A stretch of DNA of 64,000 nucleotides from an uncultured Actinomycetes bacterium. GTDB lineage: Bacteria; Actinomycetota; Thermoleophilia; UBA2241. Location: positions 9,235-73,234 of the forward strand of contig CAWJRV010000041.1 of NCBI GenBank assembly GCA_963845355.1. Direction: 5' to 3'. The position numbers and the translations under genes are program-made. This document shows, piece after piece, positions 1 to 7,970 of the stretch (position 1 is the stretch's first letter; each line of letters starts with the position of its first letter). The notes beneath the pieces were generated by a model, which worked only from the letters and a program-made list of their open reading frames with translations, ran no database searches and was not told the origin of the DNA.

Positions 1-99
1 GGTCAAACGCCCCAGCGACGGAGGCGCAGCGCACCGCGCGTGGTGAAACTCGTACGTCGCACGGCACATCACGATCCGTGCCCAGCGACGCGCGACGGG

Positions 100-129
100 T
101 TGCCGCCACCCGACCCGCCCCTCTAGAAT
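100..129 (+). promoter_or_regulatory. candidate sigma70-type promoter TTGCCG-N18-TAGAAT upstream of the flavoprotein / Dlt-like genes
   Basis: TTGCCG at 100-105 and TAGAAT at 124-129 with an 18-nt spacer. Same architecture as the TTGACG-N18-TAGTGT element in front of the cobalamin riboswitch. Confidence 0.35.
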
Positions 130-133
130 CTCC

Positions 134-237
134 TGCAGAACGCCGGTAAGGGAGTCTCGGCTCAGGGCGAGACCAGGGAGCCGGCCAGGGGGCATCTGCA
201 AGGTTCGTCGCACCGTATCCGCGGAGCGACCGACGAA
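134..237 (+). promoter_or_regulatory. structured 5' leader candidate (nested three-stem element plus a second hairpin), class unknown
   Basis: Nested complementary pairs: TGCAGA 134-139 / TCTGCA 195-200, GCCGG 142-146 / CCGGC 181-185, GTCTCG 154-159 / CGAGAC 168-173. A second hairpin pairs TTCGTCG 204-210 with CGACGAA 231-237. I recognise no known riboswitch consensus. Confidence 0.2.
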
Positions 238-265
238 GTCGCGCACCAAAGGCGGAAGGTAACTC

Positions 266-949
266 GTGAGCGTGCGGTTGCTGGGTATCGACTTCAGCCC
301 CAGGCAGGGCAGCAACAGCGGCCTGCTGCTCGACGCCTCGTTCGAGCGGCTGGCCGGCGCCTACCAGGGCGAGGTCACCCACGAGGTCATCCACCTGCGC
401 GACCTGCACCTCGAGTCATGCCGCTACTGCGACGTCTGCGGCAAGACCAGGGACGGTCGCTTCGTGCCCTGCATCATGGCCGCCAAAGACGACGTGCAGT
501 CGGTGCTCGACGCGATGGTCAGAGCCGACGGGCTCGTGGTGGCCACGCCGGTCTACTTCGGGCTGCCGTCCGATCTGTTCTCTTCGTTCATCATGCGCAC
601 GCGGGTCCTGCGCCATCAGGACTTCAGGCTCGCCAACCGGCCGGTGGGGGTCATGGCCATCGCCGCCCGCCGCTCGGGCGGGGCCGAGACGGCGATCATG
701 GCGACCTGGCTGCCGTTCATCCGCAACGGCTGTCTCGTCGTGGGCAACGGCGACGGCACCTGCCAGTTCGGCGCCTACGGCTGGGCCGGTGGGCGGGGTC
801 ACATACTGAGCGACGAGTGGGGCATGGAACAGGGCTACCAGGTCGCCGAACGGGTCTTCACAGTGGCCCGGCTCGTGCAGGCCGGCAGCCGGGCCCTCGA
901 CTTCACGAACCCGATGACCTTCTCCCACACAGCCGGCACGCGTCCCTGA
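266..949 (+). CDS. flavodoxin-like NAD(P)H-dependent FMN reductase / iron-sulfur flavoprotein (Isf-like)
   Basis: 227-aa ORF with a GTG start after a GGAAGG SD. Contains LLGIDFSPRQGSNS and VVATPVYFG flavodoxin-fold signatures and a CRYCDVCG-x9-C cysteine cluster typical of Isf proteins. Confidence 0.8.
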   Translation: MSVRLLGIDFSPRQGSNSGLLLDASFERLAGAYQGEVTHEVIHLRDLHLESCRYCDVCGKTRDGRFVPCIMAAKDDVQSVLDAMVRADGLVVATPVYFGLPSDLFSSFIMRTRVLRHQDFRLANRPVGVMAIAARRSGGAETAIMATWLPFIRNGCLVVGNGDGTCQFGAYGWAGGRGHILSDEWGMEQGYQVAERVFTVARLVQAGSRALDFTNPMTFSHTAGTRP

Positions 950-996
950 CCGCGGCCTTTGCGTCGGCGACGACACGATCCAGAAAGAGAGCGGGC

Positions 997-1257
997 ATGA
1001 GCGACGCCGACACCATCCTCGAGTTCATCCGCGACGAGGCAGTCGACCTGCCCCGCGGGGTCACGATCGACACCGACACCTCGCTGTTCAAAGATCAGCT
1101 CCTCGACTCCATGAGCCTGACCAATCTCATGACCTTCCTCGAAGACGAGTTCGCCATAAGGATCGGCGCCATGGACGTCGTCTTCGAGAACCTCGACACC
1201 GTCAACCACATGCTCGCCTTCATCGCCCGCAAGCGAGAAGCCGCCCGCGGTGGCTGA
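997..1257 (+). CDS. acyl/aminoacyl carrier protein (DltC-like)
   Basis: ATG at 997, in frame within track ORF 418..1257, giving 86 aa. Phosphopantetheine-site-type motif LLDSMSL and a helical carrier-protein layout. Sits directly upstream of an adenylating ligase and an MBOAT. Confidence 0.8.
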   Translation: MSDADTILEFIRDEAVDLPRGVTIDTDTSLFKDQLLDSMSLTNLMTFLEDEFAIRIGAMDVVFENLDTVNHMLAFIARKREAARGG

Positions 1258-1519
1258 GCAGGTCGGCAAGACGGCGACGGGTGAGCGTCCGGACTCAGCG
1301 ACGGTCGAGCGCGCAGAGTCGGCGACAGTCGAGCGGTCCGGTTCGGCGACGGGCGAGCGCACAGAGTCGGCGACGGGCGAGCGCGCCAGGTCCGCGACCG
1401 CCTGGTACATCCTCGGCCTGGGCATCCAGGTGCTGCTCTGGTTTGCGGTCTTCATCGCCATCGCGGCGGCGATCGGCGTAAGCGGGCACCTCACCGAGTT
1501 TCGCTACGTGCGCTTCTAG
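1250..1519 (+). CDS. small single-pass membrane protein with DltX-type C-terminal FxYxxF tail
   Basis: 89 aa. The GTG start overlaps the carrier gene end by 8 nt. Has 4.5 copies of the 8-aa repeat SATxERxx and one TM helix (WYILGLGIQVLLWFAVFIAIAAAIGV). The extreme C-terminus is F-R-Y-V-R-F. Confidence 0.65.
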   Translation: MAEQVGKTATGERPDSATVERAESATVERSGSATGERTESATGERARSATAWYILGLGIQVLLWFAVFIAIAAAIGVSGHLTEFRYVRF

Positions 1520-1534
1520 GCGCGAGGCGGCCCG

Positions 1535-3034
1535 GTGGAGAGCGCGGTAGACAGACTTCTGAGCGGTGCGCGGGCGCAGCCCGAGCGGTCGCTTCTGATC
1601 ACGCCCGGTGGCTCGTACGGCTACGGCGGCTTTGCCCGCCGCGCAGCGTCGCTCGCCGCTGAGCTCGTCGCCGGCGGCCTGCCGCGCGGCGCCCCCGTGG
1701 CGCTGCTGCTCGACGCCTACGACGATTTCTTCATCGCCCTGTTCGCGGTGTGGCTGGCCGGCGGAGTGGCCGTGCCGCTCAACACGACGCTGCCGACCGC
1801 CGACCTCGAGTGGCTGACGGCCAAGTCGCGGCCCGCAGTCGTGCTCACGCCCCCGCGTGACGACCTGCCCGCCTTCACCGCGCCCGGGGCCGGCGGCGCG
1901 GCGCGACGCCTGACGGTCGTGGCCGCCGACCTGCCCGAAGCGCCGCTCGAAGCGCTCGAGGCGCTCGCGCCGGTCGCCCCCGACGAGCTTGCCATGGTCA
2001 TGTTCACCTCAGGCACGACCGGCCGGCCCAAGGGCGTCTGCCAGCGACTGCGCGCCATCAGCGCCAACGCCGGCCTCGTCGCCGACCGGCTCGGGCTCAC
2101 CGTGGACGATCGCATCTTCATCAACACGCCACCCTACTTCACGAGCGGTATCTGCCACTTCCTCACACTCCTGTCCCACGGCGGCGGCACGGCCGCGCGG
2201 AGCGGCTTCTTCTTCGGCTCCGGCCTGCTCGACGAGATCGCCGAGGCGGGCTGCAGCGGCTTCGGCGGGGCGCCGGCGCATCTGGTGCGTGTCGTCGAGC
2301 CCCTCGAAGAGCCGCGGCCGGCCGGCGCCCCGCGGTTCTGGGTCAGCTCGGGCGACCACCTGCCGCTCGACGTGATCGACCACGCGCGGCGCGTCCTGCC
2401 CGGCCTGCTCCTGTTCAACATGTACGGCCTGACCGAGGTGTCGGGCCGCCTCTGCGTGCTCGCGCCGGACGAGCTCGACCGGCACCGGGGCTCGGTCGGC
2501 CGGCCGCTGGACGGGATGACCGTGACGCCCCGAGCGCCTGACGGCGCCCCGCTACCCGTTGGTGAGGTCGGCGAGCTCTCCGTCGCTGGGCCGCTCGTCA
2601 TGCAGGAGTATCTCGACGACCCCGACGTGACCGCGGCGTCGCTCACGCCCCACGGCTTTCGTACCGGCGACTTCGGCCGGATCGACGCCGACGGCTTCGT
2701 CTGGGTCGAGGGTCGCCACGACGACATCATCAAGCGCGGCGGCGAGAAGGTCTCGCTCGTGCACATCCAGGAGGCGCTGCGCGCCCTCGGACTGTTCAGC
2801 GACGTGGCCGTGATCGCCGCCGACGACGAGCTGCTCGGCCGCGTGCCGGTGGCCTTCGTCGTGCCCGCCGATCCAGGCGCCTTTGAACGCGCCACCGTCA
2901 TGCGCGCGCTACGCCGCGCCTTGCCTTCGACCTCACTGCCGAGCCGCCTCGTGGCCCTTTCTGATATCCCACGCACCGGGTCGGGCAAGGCCATCCGCCC
3001 CGAACTGCTGCGTCTCGATCGGAGACCGAGCTGA
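1535..3034 (+). CDS. AMP-dependent synthetase/ligase, carrier-protein loading enzyme (DltA-like adenylation enzyme)
   Basis: 499 aa. Adenylation core motifs are present: FTSGTTGRPKGV, FRTGDFGRID, GRHDDIIKRGGEKV and PRTGSGKAIR. Confidence 0.9.
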   Translation: MESAVDRLLSGARAQPERSLLITPGGSYGYGGFARRAASLAAELVAGGLPRGAPVALLLDAYDDFFIALFAVWLAGGVAVPLNTTLPTADLEWLTAKSRPAVVLTPPRDDLPAFTAPGAGGAARRLTVVAADLPEAPLEALEALAPVAPDELAMVMFTSGTTGRPKGVCQRLRAISANAGLVADRLGLTVDDRIFINTPPYFTSGICHFLTLLSHGGGTAARSGFFFGSGLLDEIAEAGCSGFGGAPAHLVRVVEPLEEPRPAGAPRFWVSSGDHLPLDVIDHARRVLPGLLLFNMYGLTEVSGRLCVLAPDELDRHRGSVGRPLDGMTVTPRAPDGAPLPVGEVGELSVAGPLVMQEYLDDPDVTAASLTPHGFRTGDFGRIDADGFVWVEGRHDDIIKRGGEKVSLVHIQEALRALGLFSDVAVIAADDELLGRVPVAFVVPADPGAFERATVMRALRRALPSTSLPSRLVALSDIPRTGSGKAIRPELLRLDRRPS

Positions 3035-3054
3035 GGATCTACTTCACCTGGCTG

Positions 3055-4362
3055 TTGATACCGGTGGCGCTGGTCGCGCTGCCCGTCTACTGGCTGGCGC
3101 TGCGCCGTGACGGGCACCGGCGCACGTTCATCGTCATCCTCTCGCTGACCGTGCTGGCGGTGCTGCAGCCGGCCTTCGCCGTGGTCGCCGTGGGCCTGGC
3201 CTTCGTCGCCCACCAGATCGTCGAGGCCCACAAGGCGCGGCGCCTGACGACGCGGCGCACGGTCGTCATCGCGGTGACGGTGGCCGTGGTCACTCTGGCC
3301 ATCGGCAAGTACGGACAGGTGATGGTCAATGGGCTGTGGGGTCACGACTGGCTGTGGAGCCATCTCGTCATGCCGCTCGGCATCAGCTACTTCGTGTTCC
3401 GCCTGCTGCAGTACGTCTTCGACCACGTGCGCGGCGTGCTGCACGACAACTCGCTACGCGACCTGCTGGCCTTCATGCTGTTCCTGCCGACCTTCCCGGC
3501 CGGACCGCTCGAGACCTACCAGGGCTTCTACACCAAGCGCAGCCTCGACTTCGATCTCGCGCTCTTCAACACGGGCCTGCGGCGCATCGTCATCGGCTAC
3601 TTCAAGAAGGTCTTCGTCGAGGACCTGGTGATCACGATCTACTTTGGCCCCTACGTCACCCGCGTGCTGCGGCCGGGCTTCAGCTTCTCGAGCGCGCACC
3701 CGTTGCAGGCGAGCGCCTTCTGCGTGATCGTCTTCGTGCGCGCCTACATCGACCTATCGGCCTACACCGACCTCGCCATCGGCTTCGCGGCGCTGTTCGG
3801 CTTTCGCATCATGGAGAACTTCCACTACCCGTTCCTCAGCCAGAACCTGGGCGAGTTCTGGCGGCGCTGGCACATCTCCCTGTCGTCGTGGTGTCGCAAC
3901 AACGTGTACTTCCCGGTCTTCGGCGCGACCCGCAAGGTCTGGCTGGGCCTCTACGCCAGCATGCTGACGATGGGACTGTGGCACTACGTCGGACTCAACT
4001 GGACGCTGTGGGCGCTCTGGCACGGCACCGGCCTGGTGACCGTCAACTGGTGGATGAAGTACAAAAAGCAGCGCCGGCGGACGACCAAGCGCCGGCCGGG
4101 ACCGCTGCAGCAGAGCCTGCGCGCGCCGCTCGGCTACGTCGCGACGTTCTGCTTTGTCGCGCTGGGGTACTCGTTCGTGGGCACGCCGAACATCGTGAAG
4201 GCGTTCGAGGTGCTGCTCGCCGCCCTTGCCGGTCCGTTCGTGTGGCTGGCCGGGCTGAGCCCTTTCGGTATCGGGGCAGTGCTCGCCGCGCTGGCCCTGG
4301 CGGCCGGCGTGGTAGTCGCGGCGAGCGCCCGGCGGCGCCGGCTGGAAGCCGCCGAGGTCTAA
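3055..4362 (+). CDS. MBOAT family membrane O-acyltransferase (DltB/AlgI-like)
   Basis: 435 aa and polytopic. Contains EFWRRWHISLSSWCRNNVYFP with the conserved MBOAT His, plus GLWHY. The TTG start at 3055 is uncertain; GTG at 3064 is the alternative. Confidence 0.9.
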   Translation: MIPVALVALPVYWLALRRDGHRRTFIVILSLTVLAVLQPAFAVVAVGLAFVAHQIVEAHKARRLTTRRTVVIAVTVAVVTLAIGKYGQVMVNGLWGHDWLWSHLVMPLGISYFVFRLLQYVFDHVRGVLHDNSLRDLLAFMLFLPTFPAGPLETYQGFYTKRSLDFDLALFNTGLRRIVIGYFKKVFVEDLVITIYFGPYVTRVLRPGFSFSSAHPLQASAFCVIVFVRAYIDLSAYTDLAIGFAALFGFRIMENFHYPFLSQNLGEFWRRWHISLSSWCRNNVYFPVFGATRKVWLGLYASMLTMGLWHYVGLNWTLWALWHGTGLVTVNWWMKYKKQRRRTTKRRPGPLQQSLRAPLGYVATFCFVALGYSFVGTPNIVKAFEVLLAALAGPFVWLAGLSPFGIGAVLAALALAAGVVVAASARRRRLEAAEV

Positions 4363-4418
4363 GCCGGCGATCGACTGCGTCGTCGCCGCTCAGGCTGGCG
4401 TGACTTCGTAGCGCGCCT
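4363..4418. repeat. copy A of a dispersed 56-nt intergenic hairpin repeat
   Basis: GCCGGCGATCGACTGCGTCGTCGCCGCTCAGGCTGGCGTGACTTCGTAGCGCGCCT fills the gap between the convergent MBOAT and cobC stop codons. It matches 35091-35146 at 51 of 56 positions. It contains the hairpin GGCGA(T)CGAC-TGC-GTCGTCGCC. Confidence 0.7.
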
Positions 4419-5100
4419 AATCGGCGGCGGGCTCGGCGGCCGCGCCCGCGGCGCCTTCCGCAGTCGCTGCGTCGCCGCCGCCCGTGTCGAGCCCGAGCAG
4501 GTGACTCGTGTCGTTGACGAACCGTACGCTCACCCAGCCCGCGCTGGTTTCGAGCAGGCTCAGGCCTCCGTGGCTCGTGGAAAGCGCCCAGTGGCGCTCC
4601 GACGGGACCTGAAGAACGTGATTCAAGATGGTGCGGATCGGACCATCGTGGGAGACCAGGCAGGCGGCGACATGATCACGTTGCACGATCTCCTCAAAGG
4701 CGGCGATCACCCGTTCGCGCACCATCGCAAGCGACTCGCCGCCCGGCAGCGTCGTCTGGAGCGGCTCGCGCGCAAAGGCGGCGGCCAGCGTGCTGTCGCT
4801 GGAGAACTCGTCCCACGAGCGCCCCTCGTAGTCGCCAAGGTCGATCTCGCGCAGGCGGCGGTCGGCCGTCACGTCCACATCGCCGGCCTCGGCCCAGCCC
4901 CCAGCGATCAAACGGGCCGTCTCGAGTGCGCGGGGCAGATCGCTCGCATAGACCGGCATCGGCCCGAGCGGCGCGAGCCGGGCGGCCACACGGCGCGCCT
5001 GGATCGTGCCGAGGGCGGTGAGCCGATGCTCGCTCCAGCCGGTCATGCGGCCGGGGAGATTGCCGGCCGACTGTCCGTGGCGCACCAGGTAGAGCTTCAT
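4417..5100 (-). CDS. cobC: histidine phosphatase family protein, probable alpha-ribazole-5'-phosphate phosphatase
   Basis: 227 aa with the N-terminal MKLYLVRHGQSAGN RHG catalytic motif. It is the last gene of the cobU-cobT-cobS string. Confidence 0.8.
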   Translation of the reverse strand: MKLYLVRHGQSAGNLPGRMTGWSEHRLTALGTIQARRVAARLAPLGPMPVYASDLPRALETARLIAGGWAEAGDVDVTADRRLREIDLGDYEGRSWDEFSSDSTLAAAFAREPLQTTLPGGESLAMVRERVIAAFEEIVQRDHVAACLVSHDGPIRTILNHVLQVPSERHWALSTSHGGLSLLETSAGWVSVRFVNDTSHLLGLDTGGGDAATAEGAAGAAAEPAAD

Positions 5101-5137
5101 AGTCGGACGACCATCACGGGGCGCACCAGAGACGGCG

Positions 5138-5917
5138 TCATAGCCGGACGACCATCACGGCGCCGACCAGCGCCAGCGCTTCGGCCAGCTCGATGCCCAG
5201 TCCGTAGACGTCGCCGGTGAGGCCGCCGAGGCGACGACCGACGAGGGCCTGCACGCCGAGTGCCAGCGCGACGGCGGCCACGGCCAGCAGCAGACCGAGC
5301 GGCGCGTCGAAGACACCGTGAGCGAGCACGCCGACGACCAGGGCGGCAGCGGCGCCGAGCACGACCGCCGTGACCACCGGCCCGTTGGTCGTGCCGGCGC
5401 CGGCAAAGGCCGCGCCGGTGCCCTCGCGCCGGGCGTAGGCGAAGTAGCGCACGTCGAGCGCCGGCAGCACGCGCGCGGCACTCAAGCCGATCAGCAGGCC
5501 CAGGGCGGCGCCGGGGCGCGCGAGCGAAGCGAGCGCGCTCACCTTGACGACCATCACGGCGATGGCCGCGAAGACGCCCATGGCGCCGACCCGGCTGTCC
5601 TTCATGATCTCGAGGGCGCGGTCGCGCGGCGCGCCGCTCAGGTAGCCATCGGCTGTGTCCATGAGGCCGTCGAGATGCAGCGCCCGGGTGCCGAGCTCGA
5701 GGCCGACGATCACGAGAGATGAGGCGACCAGGGGCGTGACCGCGTAGAGCAGCAGGGCGTAGACGCCCCAGCCGACCAGGCCCAAGCCAAGCCCGACCAG
5801 CGGGTAGAGGCCCATGCTGGCCCACAGCTCGGCCGGCGCCACCGCGGCGCCGGGGTCGGGCAGCCGCACGGCGGTCAGGAAGGTGACGGCCAGCGTGAGG
5901 CGGCGCGCGCCGTGCAT
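5138..5917 (-). CDS. cobS: adenosylcobinamide-GDP ribazoletransferase (cobalamin synthase)
   Basis: Polytopic protein starting MHGARRLTLAVTFLTAVRLP within track ORF 5138..6166. The ATG at 5917 overlaps the cobT stop (TGATG). The upstream part of the track ORF is Arg-rich out-of-context sequence. Confidence 0.85.
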   Translation of the reverse strand: MHGARRLTLAVTFLTAVRLPDPGAAVAPAELWASMGLYPLVGLGLGLVGWGVYALLLYAVTPLVASSLVIVGLELGTRALHLDGLMDTADGYLSGAPRDRALEIMKDSRVGAMGVFAAIAVMVVKVSALASLARPGAALGLLIGLSAARVLPALDVRYFAYARREGTGAAFAGAGTTNGPVVTAVVLGAAAALVVGVLAHGVFDAPLGLLLAVAAVALALGVQALVGRRLGGLTGDVYGLGIELAEALALVGAVMVVRL

Positions 5918-7002
5918 CAACGGCGCAGGTCGGAATCGGCCTCGTTGGGGTCGCCGGCCACGCCGGCGCTCTCGAACGTCGCCATCTCGTCGAGGATGCG
6001 GGCGGCCGCGTCGATCAGGCTCATCGCGAGCACCGCGCCGGTGCCCTCGCCGAGTCGCATCTCGAGGTCGAACAGTGGGATCAGGCCGAGCTCGTCGAAC
6101 ACGGCCTGGTGGCCGATCTCGATCGAGACGTGGCTCGGCAGGATGTAGTCGACGGCCTCGTGGCACAGACGCACCGCAGTGAGCACGGCGGCCGCCGAGA
6201 TGAAGCCGTCCATGACGACCGGCACGCGGTTGGCCGCCGCGCCGAGCACGACGCCGGTCAGCGCCGCGATCTCGAGACCGCCGACCTTGGCCAGCACGTC
6301 GAGGGGATCCTTGGGGTCGGGCTTGTTGACGGCCAGCGCCTTCTCGATCACGGCGACCTTGCCGGCCAGCGCCTCGACCGTGATGCCGGTGCCGCGCCCC
6401 GTGACCTTGGCGACCGGCAGCCCGGTCAGCGCCGCGATCATGGCCGAGCTCGCCGTCGTGTTGCCGATGCCCATGTCGCCGGTGGCGATGATGTCGAGGC
6501 CGGAGCGCAGCTCCTCGTCGACCAGGTCGATGCCCACGCCGATCGCCTGCAACGCCTCGTCGCGGCTCATGGCCGGGCCCTGCGCCATGTTGGCGGTGCC
6601 CATGCGGACCTTGTGGTGGCGCACTCCCGCGGCGGCGGAGAGGTCGGCGTTGACACCCACGTCGGTGACCGCCACACGCGCACCGATCTGGCGAGAGAGC
6701 ACGTTGATGGCCGCGCCACCGGCGACGAAGTTCATGACCATCGCCGGCGTCACCTCGGCGGGAAATGCCGAGACACCCTCGGCCACGACGCCGTGGTCGG
6801 CGGCCATGACGGCGACTACCTTGTGCTCGAGCCGGGGCCTCGGCTTGGCGCTGATGCCGGCGAGCTGAATGGAGAGCGCCTCGAGCCGGCCCAGCGACCG
6901 GGGCGGCTTGGTGAGCTGCGCCTGCCGCGCCTCGGCGGCGCTCATGGCAGCCCGGTCGAGCGGCTGGATGCGGGCGATGGTCTGAGCGAGCCGGTCGGTC
7001 AT
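5917..7002 (-). CDS. cobT: nicotinate-nucleotide--dimethylbenzimidazole phosphoribosyltransferase
   Basis: 361 aa. Contains LTKPPRSLGRLE, MAADHGV, GDMGIGNTT and the GEGTGA C-terminal region typical of CobT. AGGAGA SD, and an ATGA overlap with cobU. Confidence 0.95.
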   Translation of the reverse strand: MTDRLAQTIARIQPLDRAAMSAAEARQAQLTKPPRSLGRLEALSIQLAGISAKPRPRLEHKVVAVMAADHGVVAEGVSAFPAEVTPAMVMNFVAGGAAINVLSRQIGARVAVTDVGVNADLSAAAGVRHHKVRMGTANMAQGPAMSRDEALQAIGVGIDLVDEELRSGLDIIATGDMGIGNTTASSAMIAALTGLPVAKVTGRGTGITVEALAGKVAVIEKALAVNKPDPKDPLDVLAKVGGLEIAALTGVVLGAAANRVPVVMDGFISAAAVLTAVRLCHEAVDYILPSHVSIEIGHQAVFDELGLIPLFDLEMRLGEGTGAVLAMSLIDAAARILDEMATFESAGVAGDPNEADSDLRR

Positions 7003-7745
7003 TGGTGGTTCTCCTGTTCTGCGAAGGGGTCGACGGCGAGTGCTTTGAGCTCGAGCGGAAGGCCGGCGACGAGCAGGTAGACCTCGGCGGCCGCCTCGGC
7101 CAGGCGCCGGTTGGCGCGCCCCAGCTCGTCGCGGTAGAGGCGGGCGATGGGATATTCGGGAACGACCCCCAGGCCGACCTCGTTGGACACGGCGATCAGG
7201 GTCGCGCCGGTCTCACGCAGGGCCGCGAGCAGGTCGTCGAGGGCGGCAGTCACGCGCCGCGCGACCGCGTCTTCGACTTCGGCCGCGATGAACGTCTTGT
7301 CGAAGTTACCGAGACCTTCGGGCACCGTGCCCCCCAGATCGCCGGCGGCGAACAGGAGGTTGCTGACCCAGAAGGTGACGCAGTCGAGCAGGAACACGGG
7401 CGCAGCTCCGCGGGTCGCGGCGACCTCGGCGGCGGTGCTGCGCACCGCCGCCGCCACCTCGAGCGGGCACTCCACAGTGCTCCAGGCGGCGGGGCGGCCG
7501 GAGCGGTGCGCGGCCACCCGTGAGGTCATCTCGGGATCGTTTGTCTCGGAGGTAGCGAGGTAGGTGACGCGACCGGCGACCGTCTGAGGAGGCGAAGCCA
7601 CGCGGTGGGCCGCCCGCTGCTCGACGAAGCGCTCCGCGAAGCGCTCGGCGAACGTGCTCTTGCCGCTGCGCGCGCCGCCAAGCACCAGGATGAGTCGAGA
7701 CGGGTCTTTACGTGTTGGAACCACCGCAGCCCTCCCACGAGGCAT
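6999..7745 (-). CDS. cobU: bifunctional adenosylcobinamide kinase / adenosylcobinamide-phosphate guanylyltransferase
   Basis: P-loop LVLGGARSGKSTFAE. The track ORF starts at GTG 7769 inside the riboswitch 3' end. ATG 7745 after GGGAG is more plausible, but the start is uncertain. Confidence 0.85.
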   Translation of the reverse strand: MPRGRAAVVPTRKDPSRLILVLGGARSGKSTFAERFAERFVEQRAAHRVASPPQTVAGRVTYLATSETNDPEMTSRVAAHRSGRPAAWSTVECPLEVAAAVRSTAAEVAATRGAAPVFLLDCVTFWVSNLLFAAGDLGGTVPEGLGNFDKTFIAAEVEDAVARRVTAALDDLLAALRETGATLIAVSNEVGLGVVPEYPIARLYRDELGRANRRLAEAAAEVYLLVAGLPLELKALAVDPFAEQENHQ

Positions 7746-7759
7746 ACATCGCAGTGACT

Positions 7760-7913
7760 CCCGGGCCACGGTGTCCTGGCTTGCCGCTTCGTTCTACTTG
7801 CCGCGCCTTCCCACCCCGCGGGGCAGTGGCGGTGTGCGACGTTCGTCTGCGGTCACAGTTGCGGGGCAGCGCCGGTCTTGCACCGGCTTCCCGCGATCCG
7901 GAAGAACGTCACC
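7760..7913 (-). promoter_or_regulatory. cobalamin (B12) riboswitch
   Basis: The minus strand reads GGTGACGTTCTTCCGGATCGCGGGAAGCCGGTGCAAGACCGGCGCTGCCCCGCAACTGTGACC...GCCACTGCCCCGCGGGGTGGGAAGGCGCGGCAAG...AGCCAGGACACCGTGGCCC. The conserved core, the GCCACTG...GGGAAGGC element and the B12 box lie directly 5' of cobU. Confidence 0.9.
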
Positions 7914-7914
7914 A

Positions 7915-7944
7915 ACACTAGATGACGCCGCGGGGCGTCGTCAA
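7915..7944 (-). promoter_or_regulatory. promoter TTGACG-N18-TAGTGT driving the riboswitch-cobUTSC transcript
   Basis: On the minus strand, TTGACG lies at 7944-7939 and TAGTGT at 7920-7915. The riboswitch begins a few nt downstream. Confidence 0.55.
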
Positions 7945-7970
7945 ACGCGTCGCCGGCGGGTTCGGCGATG

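Noticed and set aside
134-237. An FMN (or other known) riboswitch in front of the flavoprotein gene.
   Set aside because: The leader lacks the FMN consensus blocks (…GGGCGGGGTGAAATTCCC…/…GGATGAGAG…). It also does not match the TPP, SAM, ykkC or cobalamin cores that I can recall. It is reported only as an unclassified structured leader.
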